Positions 37,936 to 49,325 of a stretch of 64,000 bases of DNA are shown here, one piece after another (the first letter of the stretch is position 1; every line of letters starts with the position of its first letter). Made by a program: the position numbers and the translations under genes. The notes under the pieces are model-generated. The model was not told the origin of the DNA and did no database searches. It worked only from the letters and a program-made list of their open reading frames with translations. This stretch comes from Hydrolagus affinis (lineage: Eukaryota), in the NCBI GenBank assembly GCA_012026655.1, contig JAAILG010001561.1:1-64000 (forward strand), given 5' to 3'.

Positions 37936-39291
37936 TTGTTATTACATGAGTGCTGTTTGGAGACTGACAGTCAAAGTTCTCCGCTAAATGATCTTGATTG
38001 ATTATTTCCCTCAAGCTTCCTCAATGCTGATTCACCCTTTCATTTTGTTGAGCATCTTGGGATCTCTCCTGTCTTCGGCTCCATCACAGAATAGCAGCAA
38101 TATGAATGTGGAAGTATTGCTTTTGATTTGGGGTTCTCTTCCCTGCAGATCTCTCTTTTCACTCAAGTATATGTTCCCTGATCTTTGCCACATTGATATA
38201 CTAATATATACTGTTTTTATTTGCAATTAGTGGCTATTAGATCTGAACAAACAATTTGAATCTTGGAACAAGCTTGTCCTGATTTTTTAATCTTTTTACA
38301 TTGGGCTGAAAAACTAATAAGTAACTAGTTGTACACAGGATTTTTATCGTTGGAATGAGGGGGTGAGGGAGAGAGAAAGCATCTTCATGAAATACAGTTC
38401 CACAGTTAACTGAAGTGGATCCTGATCTCAGGCAAGCCATAGAGGGGGTGTGCTCTTGAGAACATCTCCAACCTCCATTGGATTAAGAGCAATATTAGCA
38501 GATGCCTAGTTGCAACCTCCTGTTTTACCCTCCCAGCCCACAGTGATCCTTAGTAGAGGCTAGTGAAAAAAATATTTACAACCCCCCCCTTCTGTAGTTA
38601 ACATAATTTAATGATAAAATAACATAACATAATACAGAATTTGAGATTTTTCATGCCTTGGTACTTCTCCTATCTTTGAAATATATTCATGCTTTTGCAG
38701 AAAAACTTGACTGAGACAAATGTTGTCCTGAGTGAGCTGTACATGCTCCTCAAAGTCAATGTATTCATGTTGCACCGAATCTGGCAGTCCGCTTGTGTAA
38801 TAATATCTACTGTTGAGTCAGACTCTTGTGACCTTAGTTCAGAATACAGCAGAAGGATTTCACACAATAGCTAATTGCATTTGGTGAACTACATTAGTGC
38901 TTAAACCTAACTGTATGTAATGTTGCTGCAGGAAATTTAATTAAATGGACTTTTGCCTGCATAAATTTTCAATTTTCGTTGCCAAGTCGCTTCAAAGATC
39001 CTATGTTATTCAGTAGGGAGGGAATGTGAACACACAGTTGTTCAATATATGAAAACAGCCCAGTGCCATAATTTGGTTTATCATTTGAGTTTCTCTTGGC
39101 CGTACAATGACAGAGTAAATCATATGTAAAGACAACAACACTGAACACTCGAGCAGTAGCCAGTATTATTTCTTTGCAAAAACAGATTTGCTTATGTTCA
39201 CCCTGCCCAAAGTCATTGGATATGCACATGAAGCAAATTCGCACTTGTGCACCTGTTAATCTTTGTATCTGTTACACATGTTGGAGTGTCA

Positions 39292-39453
39292 ACCTGGCTC
39301 AGTTGGTAACATTCTCACCTCTGAGTTTGGAGGTTGTGAGTTCAAGCTCTATTTGAGGACTTTGAACTCCAGACAGTTTAGGCTGACACTCCAGTGCAGT
39401 ACTGAGGGAGTGTTGTTCTATCGGAAGCGTTGTCCTTCGGATGAAATGTTAAA
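39292..39453 (+). mobile_element. DeuSINE-type (SacSINE1/AmnSINE-related) tRNA SINE fragment
   Basis: tRNA-like head TGGCTCAGTTGGT...GAGTTCAAGC, then CTGACACTCCAGTGCAGTACTGAGGGAGTG...TCGGATGAAATGTTAAA, recalled as the Deu domain; older relatives near 16120-16200, 22575-22670 and 44540-44680. Confidence 0.65.
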
Positions 39454-41440
39454 TGTTTCCCTACAAATAGTCACTACTCTTTAGAGTAATTCTTGTGATG
39501 TATTGATATTGTGATAAGGACCTATATCAGATGTAAGCATTATTATTACTATTATTATTAAGTAAGTGTTTAAGGTTCACAGAAAGAGTTAACCCCAGGT
39601 AGGGAGATAGTGAATTGAATGATCTGTTGGTACGAACAAGAATGGAATAGATTTCTGGTTGTCAATCTTCGGACAAGTATGGCCATGCATGCACATGTTT
39701 TTGAACAGGTGCTAGAAAAATATCTGACCCCGAGGCAGTACTGCTTTCAAATAGTGCTGACTTGTGTTTCAAATAAAATAAGTCACAAATTGAAATCAGA
39801 TTTTGATGGCAGAAAGAGAGAGTAGAAATGAAAATTTGGGTCATCGAACAATGTGGGGTGTATTCTATAGAGGCCAGTGCAAGATAACTCTCTTTCAGGC
39901 TGGAGAGTTTTATCTGGGAACAAATTTATTGCTGAGGGGAACCCAAAAATAGCTTTTTTTTCAATCGTGGAAGAGAGGCAGAATTTAAATTCAAAGTTTC
40001 AAATAGAGATATTCTGAATGATTTACACCACCACAGCCAGGGTTCTTTATTTGACAAGCAGTTATGATAAGTACATAGGCGCTCCCTTCTCCCCTACCTA
40101 GTAGGCTTCATCCTTCCATCCTGTGGCATGACTCATCAGCTCATCCTGACAGTACAAGATAATACAAGATTGGGCATTGCAGGCAGTGGAGCTGAATGAG
40201 TGAAGCCAGTAGCGTCCTTTGTGATCGCACTAAACCGATAACATTTGCTATGGCTACCTACAGTATTTGTTTATTCTAGATTTAGGATTGAAAAGAGGGC
40301 GGCTAGGGTTGGATAATATGCCAAACATGTGAGGTACATAGAAATTAAAATCTCATCTGTTCAGTTTGTATCTGAACATTACTAATTTATTTTCTATAGA
40401 TATTTTCCTGGGAATAAAACACTGGCAGCAGTGCTGCAAAGCAACCAGGGATAGGGTATTGCTGCATATCACAGAGTATTGTGCTACTCTGTTCCTTAAG
40501 GGACCTGGAAATACGGCTGAGCAGGATAGTTTGTGAATACTGGACATTGCTGGATCCTGCTTACAGACATGCCATCAGAAAATTGCTCTTTGTATCACAA
40601 AATGTTCTGAAGAGATCTTGTTCGAGCATTAGCTGTGTCAGTGAGCAATTTATTTACCAAGTTTTTCACATCACAGTGAATGTTTTGACACCAACATCTT
40701 TGCTCATTATCAAGCCCGGGGACTTTGAATGTCATGTGATTGTGCGGCATCTGAATGTACATTCAGATATCTCAGAAAAAAATAACTCCATACAATGAAA
40801 AGTGATAAGAGTTAGGAAATATTCTTGTGCTCACAATACAATTTAAAAAAAATCAATTTTATGGTGACTTGCACTTTGGGCAGACATCCCAATGCACTTA
40901 ACAGTCTTGGCTTGGCACCTGAGCTGGGGGTGTGTCCTGAAGCAGTGGAACCTGAGGTGGTGCAGTGAGGAAAGATGACCAAAAGCACAGTCAGAAAGAG
41001 CTAGATCTAGTCTCTACTGGTCTCAGAAAAACCCAGCTACAGGAGTACACACAGAGAGATTGAGATGATGAACTGGGGAGTGTTGGATTGGAAATATGTA
41101 AGAACAATGCTGAAATGAGAAGAGTGTTGGATGAGTGTCTGGAAATAAAGCTGAGCTGGATACTGTAGTTTGTGAATAGTGTACATTGCTGGGTCCCTCT
41201 CATTGACATAATATCAGAAAAATGCTCTTTGTATGACAAAGTGTTCTGAAGAAATGCAGTTTGAACATGATCTCTTCAGGGCATTTTGTCATACAAAGAG
41301 CAATTTTCTGATGCCATGTCTATAGCGGAGTACATTGTGTGGTGTGTGTGTACAGTAGTGTGAAAAGGATAGCAATGGATATGTACAGGGAGGGTTTCAG
41401 AAGAAATAATAAGAGCATAGAAAGTCCTGTGGGAGGGTTT

Positions 41441-41685
41441 ACAACAACAACAACAACAAATTACATTTATAAAGCGCCTTTCACGTCGGGAGGACGTCCC
41501 AAGGTGCTGCACAGGAGGCGTGTGACCCGAGCTGGGAGGGGAGTGTACGGGAAGGGGTGAAACACGTAGGGGAGGTCGAAGAATTTGGGGTGGAACAAAA
41601 GGCACAGTCGAAGAGGAAAGTCTTCAAACCGGCCTTGAAAGAGGAAAGGGAAGAAACGAGACGGAGGGATTGGGGGATGGAATTT
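41441..41685 (-). mobile_element. L2-clade LINE 3' fragment
   Basis: Highly similar to 17210-17455. Confidence 0.85.
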
Positions 41686-44600
41686 AGAATGGGGTTTAGA
41701 ATGTGTACAAAGGAATAAATGCTGAGATATGTATTTCTATTTTTCTGACTCAGATGATTGATTGGTCAGTTCTAAGCCAGGCCTGTTAGGTACAACATCT
41801 GACAGAAAGGAAACACAGAAATGTCCCCCACCTCCAACCCTTGAAGTTAGTGAATCATGTTTCTGTCAATGCTGGCATCTCTCCAGTTCCTACCCAAGTG
41901 GCTATTCTTTACTTGTGAGGCTAGTCAGACTAGTATTTGGCAGGCTATTCAACTGTGGAGAGCATCACAGCCAAAGCCAGGTCTCGCTCAATATTATTCA
42001 CACACACACACACACAGACACCACACATACACACACTTTCCCGCTATGATTTCTAGAACGAAGTAAGGAATGGAAAATGTAAAGTACAGTAGTTGTTTAA
42101 AATGCCTGCTAACTTGAAGCCAGATTCTTTTTTCTGTGGAAAAGGTATGGATTATCAGATAACAAACTTTGATCTTGCCTATCACAGTCCCATGTTTCTG
42201 TTTATCCCTTAAACATCCTTTCCAGTGCAATTATTAATTTTAAATATTTCTATTTAAAACAAACAGTACAGATTGTTAGGTACTAAATATATGACTAAAA
42301 CCCGTGCTGTTTAATCTACTAATAGTTCAATGTTTCATTGTTTCTGATTTCATAAGCATTTCAGTGTTAATGGGGCAAATCTTGTTGTGACCATCATGAG
42401 AAAGGCTATGCGTCATTGCATTTCTCAACCCGGAGGGGAACTCGAGTTACTGTTTTGAACACAAAATAATTGCTGGTGTTTTAATTTAAGATTAATTTTC
42501 TTCATTTCAGAAGTGCTATTTGAGGCATATTTCCATTCATGCTTCCACACTGCACCTCATGTCATGCTGCCACACCCCAGTTAGATGCCTGTGGATACCC
42601 TTGCGTAACCTCAAAAGAATTCCATTAAAAACCAATAATTAAAATGATGCAGCTGACATTTATTGTATTTATTCTTATCATTATTATTAATGTTTGATAT
42701 GATATACTTGGGTTGTTTCCTTGTAACTGGTTGAATCTTATTTTCATCCCATATACTGTACATTGGATTTAATAGCTTTGGTTAGAATAAGTACAGTATT
42801 GAAAAATGTATAAGTAGAATTAACACTTTTCTGCTTCTGGTGCTTTTGCTTCCTCTTAAGAGATGTGATGTGTGACGGGCAGTCTGTAGTCATTGCCATG
42901 TGCCCCAAATGGAATTTCCTCAGCTTGCAAGGTCATCTCTTGTGAGCTGGAAAAATCCCATCTGCATAGCAACAACCTGGAAGCTGGAAATACTCAACCT
43001 GGAGGAAATGGCACAGAGGATCTGAACAGTGGGAGTTTAGTTTGAACCCTGGCTTGACTGGTTTGGTTCAGCTCTTATTTAGTGGTTTCAACAGTAAAAA
43101 CTCTAAAAAATATATATATATTACTTGCATTGCAGGTACTCACAGTCTTGTTCTATTCTGATTTTATGTTTTCTCAACCTTTCTGGTTCCTCCTAACCAA
43201 TGTCTGAGAGAACAAGAGAGTCACAATTTTCAATAATTGCCCATGCATCTCTCCATCTGATTGCTGAGATGGATTGCATTGGATATGGCTTGGATTTCAT
43301 CAGCTACTGATTTTCTCTCACTGCCTTTGAGGGAAGATGCCTGGCCTCTGCTGTTGAGGAAACAAGCCATTTCCTTCTTCATTGTAGTGTCCTCTCCAGT
43401 CAATTGGTGTGCAGTACATTTGCAAAGCACAACAGCATCTCTCTCATAGTTCAGCTGCTTTGTAGCTCTACCAGGCAGATGCACGCACTCACAGATCTTC
43501 CAATTGGGAAATGTAATCAAACTCACACACATCACAGCAGCAGTCGCAGCGAACACAAGCATTATTATGTCACACTAATTTTATTGCAAGACGCTTGGTT
43601 CAAATGTTTCCCCAAGGAAAACAAAATCGTGTTAAAGCACTGTTAAATGTATGATTCTTAAATGAGGTGTCATTGCAGATTCCCTTGTTGAATTTTCAAG
43701 AGTCCAAAATTGGATTGAAGCAGTCTTTAAGTGGAGAAAAAAACATTGCAACTGAGTTAATATCCCAGCCACTGATAAATAAGTTTAATGTACAATGCCA
43801 AACATGTCCTTTACATATTTGGGCCTAAGATAAACCTAACACTGGTTGCAAGCCAACACCCCCGCCCCCACATATTTTTCGTAATACCAAAATAAAAAGC
43901 TCTGTGTTGAGGACTTTAGAAGGCTATTAAAAAAAATGTATGAGTGAAGGAGAACAGGTATTAGCAATAGTAATAAGAGAATATTGACTACTAGAGAAGT
44001 GGGATGAATCTTGGCAGGAATAGATAGGGGAAGTTTTGAAAAATAATGCGAAGATGAGAAAATATCAATAGAAATAGAGAAGATGAAGAATAATGTGAAA
44101 GTATCAAATAAGTTGTTGGTAGATTTTTGCAAGAGATAATGGTGGAACTGTGTTCCTGTATTCTACCTAAAGGAGTACCAGTAAAGATTTTTGGAAGAAG
44201 TAATAAAAAATACGAATTAACACAAGCAGAGCAAGGGGCAAATTTGGAAAGAAAACCAAATGACTGTACATTGTTCTGTGAAGAATATTGAGTGAATTTA
44301 ATTAAAAATGTAATAAGAAGAAAGAATTAGCATTTCAGTAGCGCCTTATCATACCAGACAGCTCAAAACACTTCAAAGGAAATCACTGTCAAGTGCTCTG
44401 TTTTTGTAGGAAAGCACGGCAGCTATTTGTTCGTACAAGGTCTCAAAACAGCCATGAGGTGAAATTAGAGGATTGTTGCTAAGGAGAATCTGACTTATTT
44501 TTGAATATTGTCATGGGATCTTGACAGATGCCTGAAAAACAGATAGACAGGAATTGTCCAGAAAGGTGGCCTGTCTGACAATAGAAATAGAAATCCACCC

Positions 44601-44760
44601 ATTATTGTGCTGGGGTGGATTTCTGGGCTATAAGCTATAATCTCAACCTTATGTCCCAGCGGTGAGAATGCTGTCAGAATAACAAGGAACATTTTTGTAG
44701 GATAAGTGGAGATTCTACTGGAATTAATTATTAAAGGAGTAATGGGAGTTTCATAAGGAG

Positions 44761-45073
44761 AACAACAACAACAAAATTACACTTGTACAGCGCCTTTCAC
44801 GTCAGGAGGGCATCCCAAGGCACTGAACAGTCATTGTTTCAGGCCCGAGCTGGGGTTGGGGACAGGGAGGGTGGAGGAAAAAGGGGGTTTTGGGGTGATC
44901 GATGGGACTGTCAAAGAGGAGGGCTTTGAGGCGGGACTTGAAGGAGACAGGGAAGTGGGCGCGGCAGAGAATCTGTGGGATGGTGTTCCAGAGGTTGGAG
45001 GCAGACTGGCTGAAGGCTTGCCCACCAATGGTGAGGTGGGAGGGTCGGGGAACGTGGAGCAGGCCGGAGCCTG
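44761..45073 (-). mobile_element. L2-clade LINE 3' fragment
   Basis: AGSGLLHVPR...IGGQAFSQSASNLWNTIP...SFKSRLKALLF plus (TTG)n tail. Confidence 0.82.
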
Positions 45074-45234
45074 CTAACACTAAAATGAATGCAAAAGTTG
45101 ACTAATGGACAAAGATGTAAGCAGTAATTCAAACTAGATCAGGAAAGAATGCAAGAACTCTTGTAATGGGAAGATTATTCTGAGGAATAATTGGAAATAT
45201 CTTTGATGGTGTGAAAAGCTGATTATGAAGCTGA

Positions 45235-45600
45235 ACAAGATAGGTTACAGGAGGATTTGGACATACTTGGGAATTGGGCAGATCGATGGCAGATGAAATT
45301 CAATGTGGAGAAATGTAAAATACTTCATATGGGACCAAAAAATCCTGGAAGGGACTATTATTTGTACAGAAGGAAAATGATATGTTTGAAAAATAAAAAG
45401 TGCTTGGGGGTGCTGATTGACAACAACAACAAAATTACATTTGTAGAGCGCCTTTCACATCGGGACAATAAATTGAAGCTCTCCCAATAATGCTCTGTGG
45501 CAGTGAGTAAAGCAAACCAGATATTGGGATATATCAAAACACAAATAGCAAGCCGAAACAATGGGGTAATCCTACCACAAATTACCGAGAATTGGATTGA
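45235..45600 (+). mobile_element. CR1-clade LINE ORF2 fragment interrupted by a short L2 tail
   Basis: LQEDLDILGNWADRWQMKFNVEKCKILHMG, the hallmark post-RT motif; L2 tail inserted at about 45421-45465. Confidence 0.8.
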
Positions 45601-46746
45601 ATAATAATCATACCAACAAATAGGGAAGATAAGGCTCAGATACAAATGTTCAAACTAGAAATGATGAAAATGGTTTGGAAAGATTAAAGTGCTCAACATT
45701 GAAAAGAATAAATGAGAAGAAGAATCAGTTAGATGAATACAGCCAATGATGTAACCATGGCAACACTGTTGAGATATTGAGGACGAATTTCCTGTTTCTG
45801 AATTTCTTATTCAATGGTAAAAGAACTCCATCGAAAGATTATAAGGTCGGTAATATGTTACCCGGAGCTTTATACATGACCATTTCATAAAACGCAATAT
45901 TTCTAAATAGCACTCTTTAATATGAAATCTGAGTCACACAATATACACCTTCCGCTAACTGGAAATACATCATGTATTTACGGAGCGGCCTTTGATGTTA
46001 ATTCAATTATGGAATCTGTTCAGAAATTATACCTATTTTAAATAGAGGAAATTGGGCCCCTTTCCAAGTTTTCTTTGTAAGAGTTTTGTAAATTCATTCA
46101 TCTTCTGCCACAAAAACAAGCATTATTTTTTTTCCCTCTGCATTTGATGGTAATTCAAGATCTGTGTCACTTTGGTAAATGTGCTTGCTTTGTTTCTGAA
46201 TGTTGTACCAGCTCCAAAGGTACACAGCCCATTTCAGGTTAAATGGGAAAACTCATTGTGATTGTCTATGATGGAAGGAAATCTTACAGGAAAGGGTGGC
46301 GTTGCTCAGGCTTTCCTGAAAGGAGCCTTTGTTTTCCAGCTCTTTGAATACTACTGACTGCAATGTTGTTGCAGTTCAACAGTCTGGTTTAATTGTTGGG
46401 AGTGTGATGTTTACACAAGCATTGTCCATACACCATTTTTATGGAAATACAGTATTTAATTTCAGGGGATTTAGTAAAGAGTATTTGTTAGGACGGGGAT
46501 GACATGAATTTTGAATATCCAGTATAACCGAGAGATGTTACAAGCAGGCAGCTATAAACAATCATCATTTCAAAAGGACCCTTTCATTCATCTACTTATT
46601 CATGATATATAAAAGATTCATCAAATAGGACTTGAATCTCATTGTTTATAAACTATCCTTTAAGCTTCACCTTAATGGCTCAGTTGTAAAGTGTAATCCT
46701 GGTCAATGATGATTTAAACCGGGAAAGCAGTGCAAGGTTAGTGTTA

Positions 46747-46865
46747 GGTTATGGTGAGAGAGCTGGGCAGTGGGATTGAGTTGCTCTTTTCAAAGAGCCA
46801 GCACAGACTAGATGGGCCGAATGGCCTCCTTTTGTGCCGTAAAATTCTATGATTCTATGATTCTA
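46747..46865 (+). mobile_element. CR1 3' end
   Basis: Ends in (ATTCTATG)n; near-identical to 53890-54003. Confidence 0.85.
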
Positions 46866-47909
46866 ACCATGGGACTCAACATGCGCCCTGCTGAGCAGAC
46901 CAAGCTGGACAAATGCATATTCATTGTTGAGTCAATGTACGAGCAGAACTTTGCAACTCAACTGTGCCTTATGCCACAAATGTAATGGTTTATAGTAAAT
47001 CATGCTGTGACGTTTCAGTCTTACAGTTCTCACAAAACCAACAACAACAACAAAATTATATTTGTGTAGCTCCTTTCACGTCGGGAAGACGTAGCAAGTC
47101 AAGTTCACTTGGTTTCAGTCAGAAGATTGAAATTGCTATCTCAAACTCCCTGCCTTCTGTTGTTTGTCTTTGCAATGAACAAGCTAAGTTTGGGCAGGAC
47201 CCTTGTATGTGCTTCAGTGTGTCAAAGAGATGGTGATTGCATTGAATCTTGTGGGGTGAATGTCATGTAACTGACACTGTAGGATTATAATCTGTTTTCG
47301 GGATATAGATTGCTCAGAATTACAGCATCTGTATTATATTTTATATCTTTACTGAATGGACGGTGAGGCTATTTCAGTTCCTCAGTAACTTGCTTACTCA
47401 CTGCAGTGGTGATATTTTCAGTATGTATTTCATCTACAGGATCGTTTGACAAGTACTGTCAAATGTTTCAAACAGATGAGTCTCCCTACGATATCTCCCT
47501 GCAGTGGAAGCACCTGCTCTCAATTCCTACCTCCCCCTGGTATGCAGGTTGACTATGAGATCCAAATCCCAGCCCCTCTTAACACTATGTGAAGTGGTTT
47601 CACTACTTGTATTTGATTATATTTTATGCTCTTCTCTTCCTTCCTTACTTCCTCTTCTGACTGTGGTACAGTTTTTCTCCGCTATCTCATATAAATGGCT
47701 ATATACCTTGTGTCCTAGAAAGGGGCAGTCAGCGGAGTGTTTAACTGTAAATTGGGGCAGAGAGGAAACGAATCATCAGAGTCAGGTTTGATGCAGAATG
47801 ACAAACATTTTGGCGTAAGAGGCCATTCTGCCCACACTTGTTCACAACTGCAGCTATCCATTCTCATCCCATTTCTCTGTTTTTCCCCTATTGTCATATC
47901 TTTGTACTT

Positions 47910-48257
47910 GAGCTCCTGTGGCTTAGTGGTTAGAGCACTTGTCTTGTAAGCTGGGGAGACCAAGCTGGGAAGACCTGTGTTCGAATCCAGGCAGGTCAGG
48001 GCGAAACCTTGGGCAAGTTTCCTTACTCCACACACATAATAATAATCCGTCCCAAAAAAACACAATAATAAAATTGGTCATTTCAATCCACGACTGTGTG
48101 TGGGACACTGCTGTGCGCAATTGGCTGCTGCATTTCCGCACAAATATATACAGTCAATTCACTTTACAGTGTTCACTTTACACTTCTGTGAAGCGCTTTG
48201 GGACGTCGATAAGATGTGAAAAGCGCTATATCAAAGTCAAGGATTATTATTATTATT
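47910..48257 (+). mobile_element. Near full-length tRNA-derived SINE with L2-like tail
   Basis: A box TGGCTTAGTGG, B box GTTCGAATCC, internal 14-nt duplication AAGCTGGG(G/A)AGACC, 3' end GGGACGTC...TGAAAAGCGCTATAT...(ATT)n. Confidence 0.85.
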
Positions 48258-48361
48258 GTGTGGTTTATTATCGGTTTGTGACATCTGATCAGTGCAGCTC
48301 GATGGGGAAACATTTGCTAATAATTGTGATATGATGTGGTAATTTTTCTCATGCGTTTACG

Positions 48362-48557
48362 TTAATGGGATTGTCAGCCATAACTTCAGTGTCTGCTCAA
48401 ATCTCCATTAAAGGGATTGTCTGCCATGGACTCAGGCGGTGTTCACACGTCTCTTAAAGGGATTGTCTGCCACGGTCACCAGCTCAGCGCTCACATGGTT
48501 CTGTTAAAGAGGTTGGCTCTCATTCTGTTCACATGTTTGTGTTAAAAGGATTGTCTC
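48362..48557 (+). repeat. Degenerate tandem array, 38-50 bp units with core TTAAAGGGATTGTC
   Basis: Core copies begin at 48362, 48408, 48454, 48504 (degenerate) and 48542. Confidence 0.8.
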
Positions 48558-48664
48558 GCAAAGCTTTGGGCTTTGTGTTGTGTATTTCCCCCCTCACGTA
48601 CTAATTGTTTTCTTTTCATTTTTCTTTCCCATGCTTTCTCCCTGTCTCGTGTGCTGACTGGCAG

Positions 48665-48673
48665 GAGGTGGAG
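48665..48673 (+). CDS. SPOCK2: SPOCK2 9-nt microexon (Glu-Val-Glu)
   Basis: ggcag|GAGGTGGAG|gttagt; restores the testican sequence WNRFRD-EVE-DDY; branch-like TACTAAT at 48599 and a long pyrimidine tract upstream. Confidence 0.9.
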
Positions 48674-49120
48674 GTTAGTGGGAGTTTTTCTTTGGTATTT
48701 GATAATTTGATGAATACTGTATTCTAATGGTGCATGATTCCAGATTTAAAAAAAAAATTCTATGCACTTCATAAAAACAACCTCGTGTTGTACAGCCCTG
48801 CTTCTTAAATCCCTTTTGTTCATTTTTGCCCTTGTCTGTTCATCAGCTGTGTGGGAGTGAGTGGTGAAAGCAGTCCATGGTGCCAGTCAAACCCATACAG
48901 TTGATTGATGAAAGTGAACTGACTTCACACTTTTACATAGCTACCTCTCAGTAACTGAAGGGTACTGTATTGGAATCTATTTTTCATTTTAATTGAAACT
49001 ATTTTGAGAAATGCTCTGAACTTAAACACAATTGTGGAGGACTACAGTTGAAACCAGTATCAAATCCTTTTGCAGTTAAAGGTAATGACAGTACTTAAGT
49101 CTTTTTCCACTGTTTGAGTC

Positions 49121-49325
49121 ATAATAATCCTTGCATTTGATTTGATATAGTGCTTTTTAGACGTTTCAAAGCGCTTCACTGAATATACTGTAAAGTGAAT
49201 TGACTGTAAATTCATTTTTAGGGTTTATTATCAGGCATCTGTAGTAAGGAAAGTTACCCAAGCTTTTGCCCTGCCTGGAATCGAACTTGCAAGGCAAGTG
49301 ATCCAACCACTGAGCTACAGGACAT
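49121..49325 (-). mobile_element. tRNA-derived SINE, internally deleted
   Basis: Same family as 47910 in reverse orientation. Confidence 0.7.

Noticed and set aside
47910-47995. tRNA gene-like sequences (also near 15312, 30950, 49290 and 59975)
   Set aside because: They are SINE heads: anticodon positions differ between copies, acceptor stems are incomplete, and each continues into the shared SINE body.
48362-48557. CRISPR-like repeat-spacer appearance
   Set aside because: Vertebrate intron, no cas genes, degenerate repeats, and spacers share residual similarity; it is a diverged tandem array.
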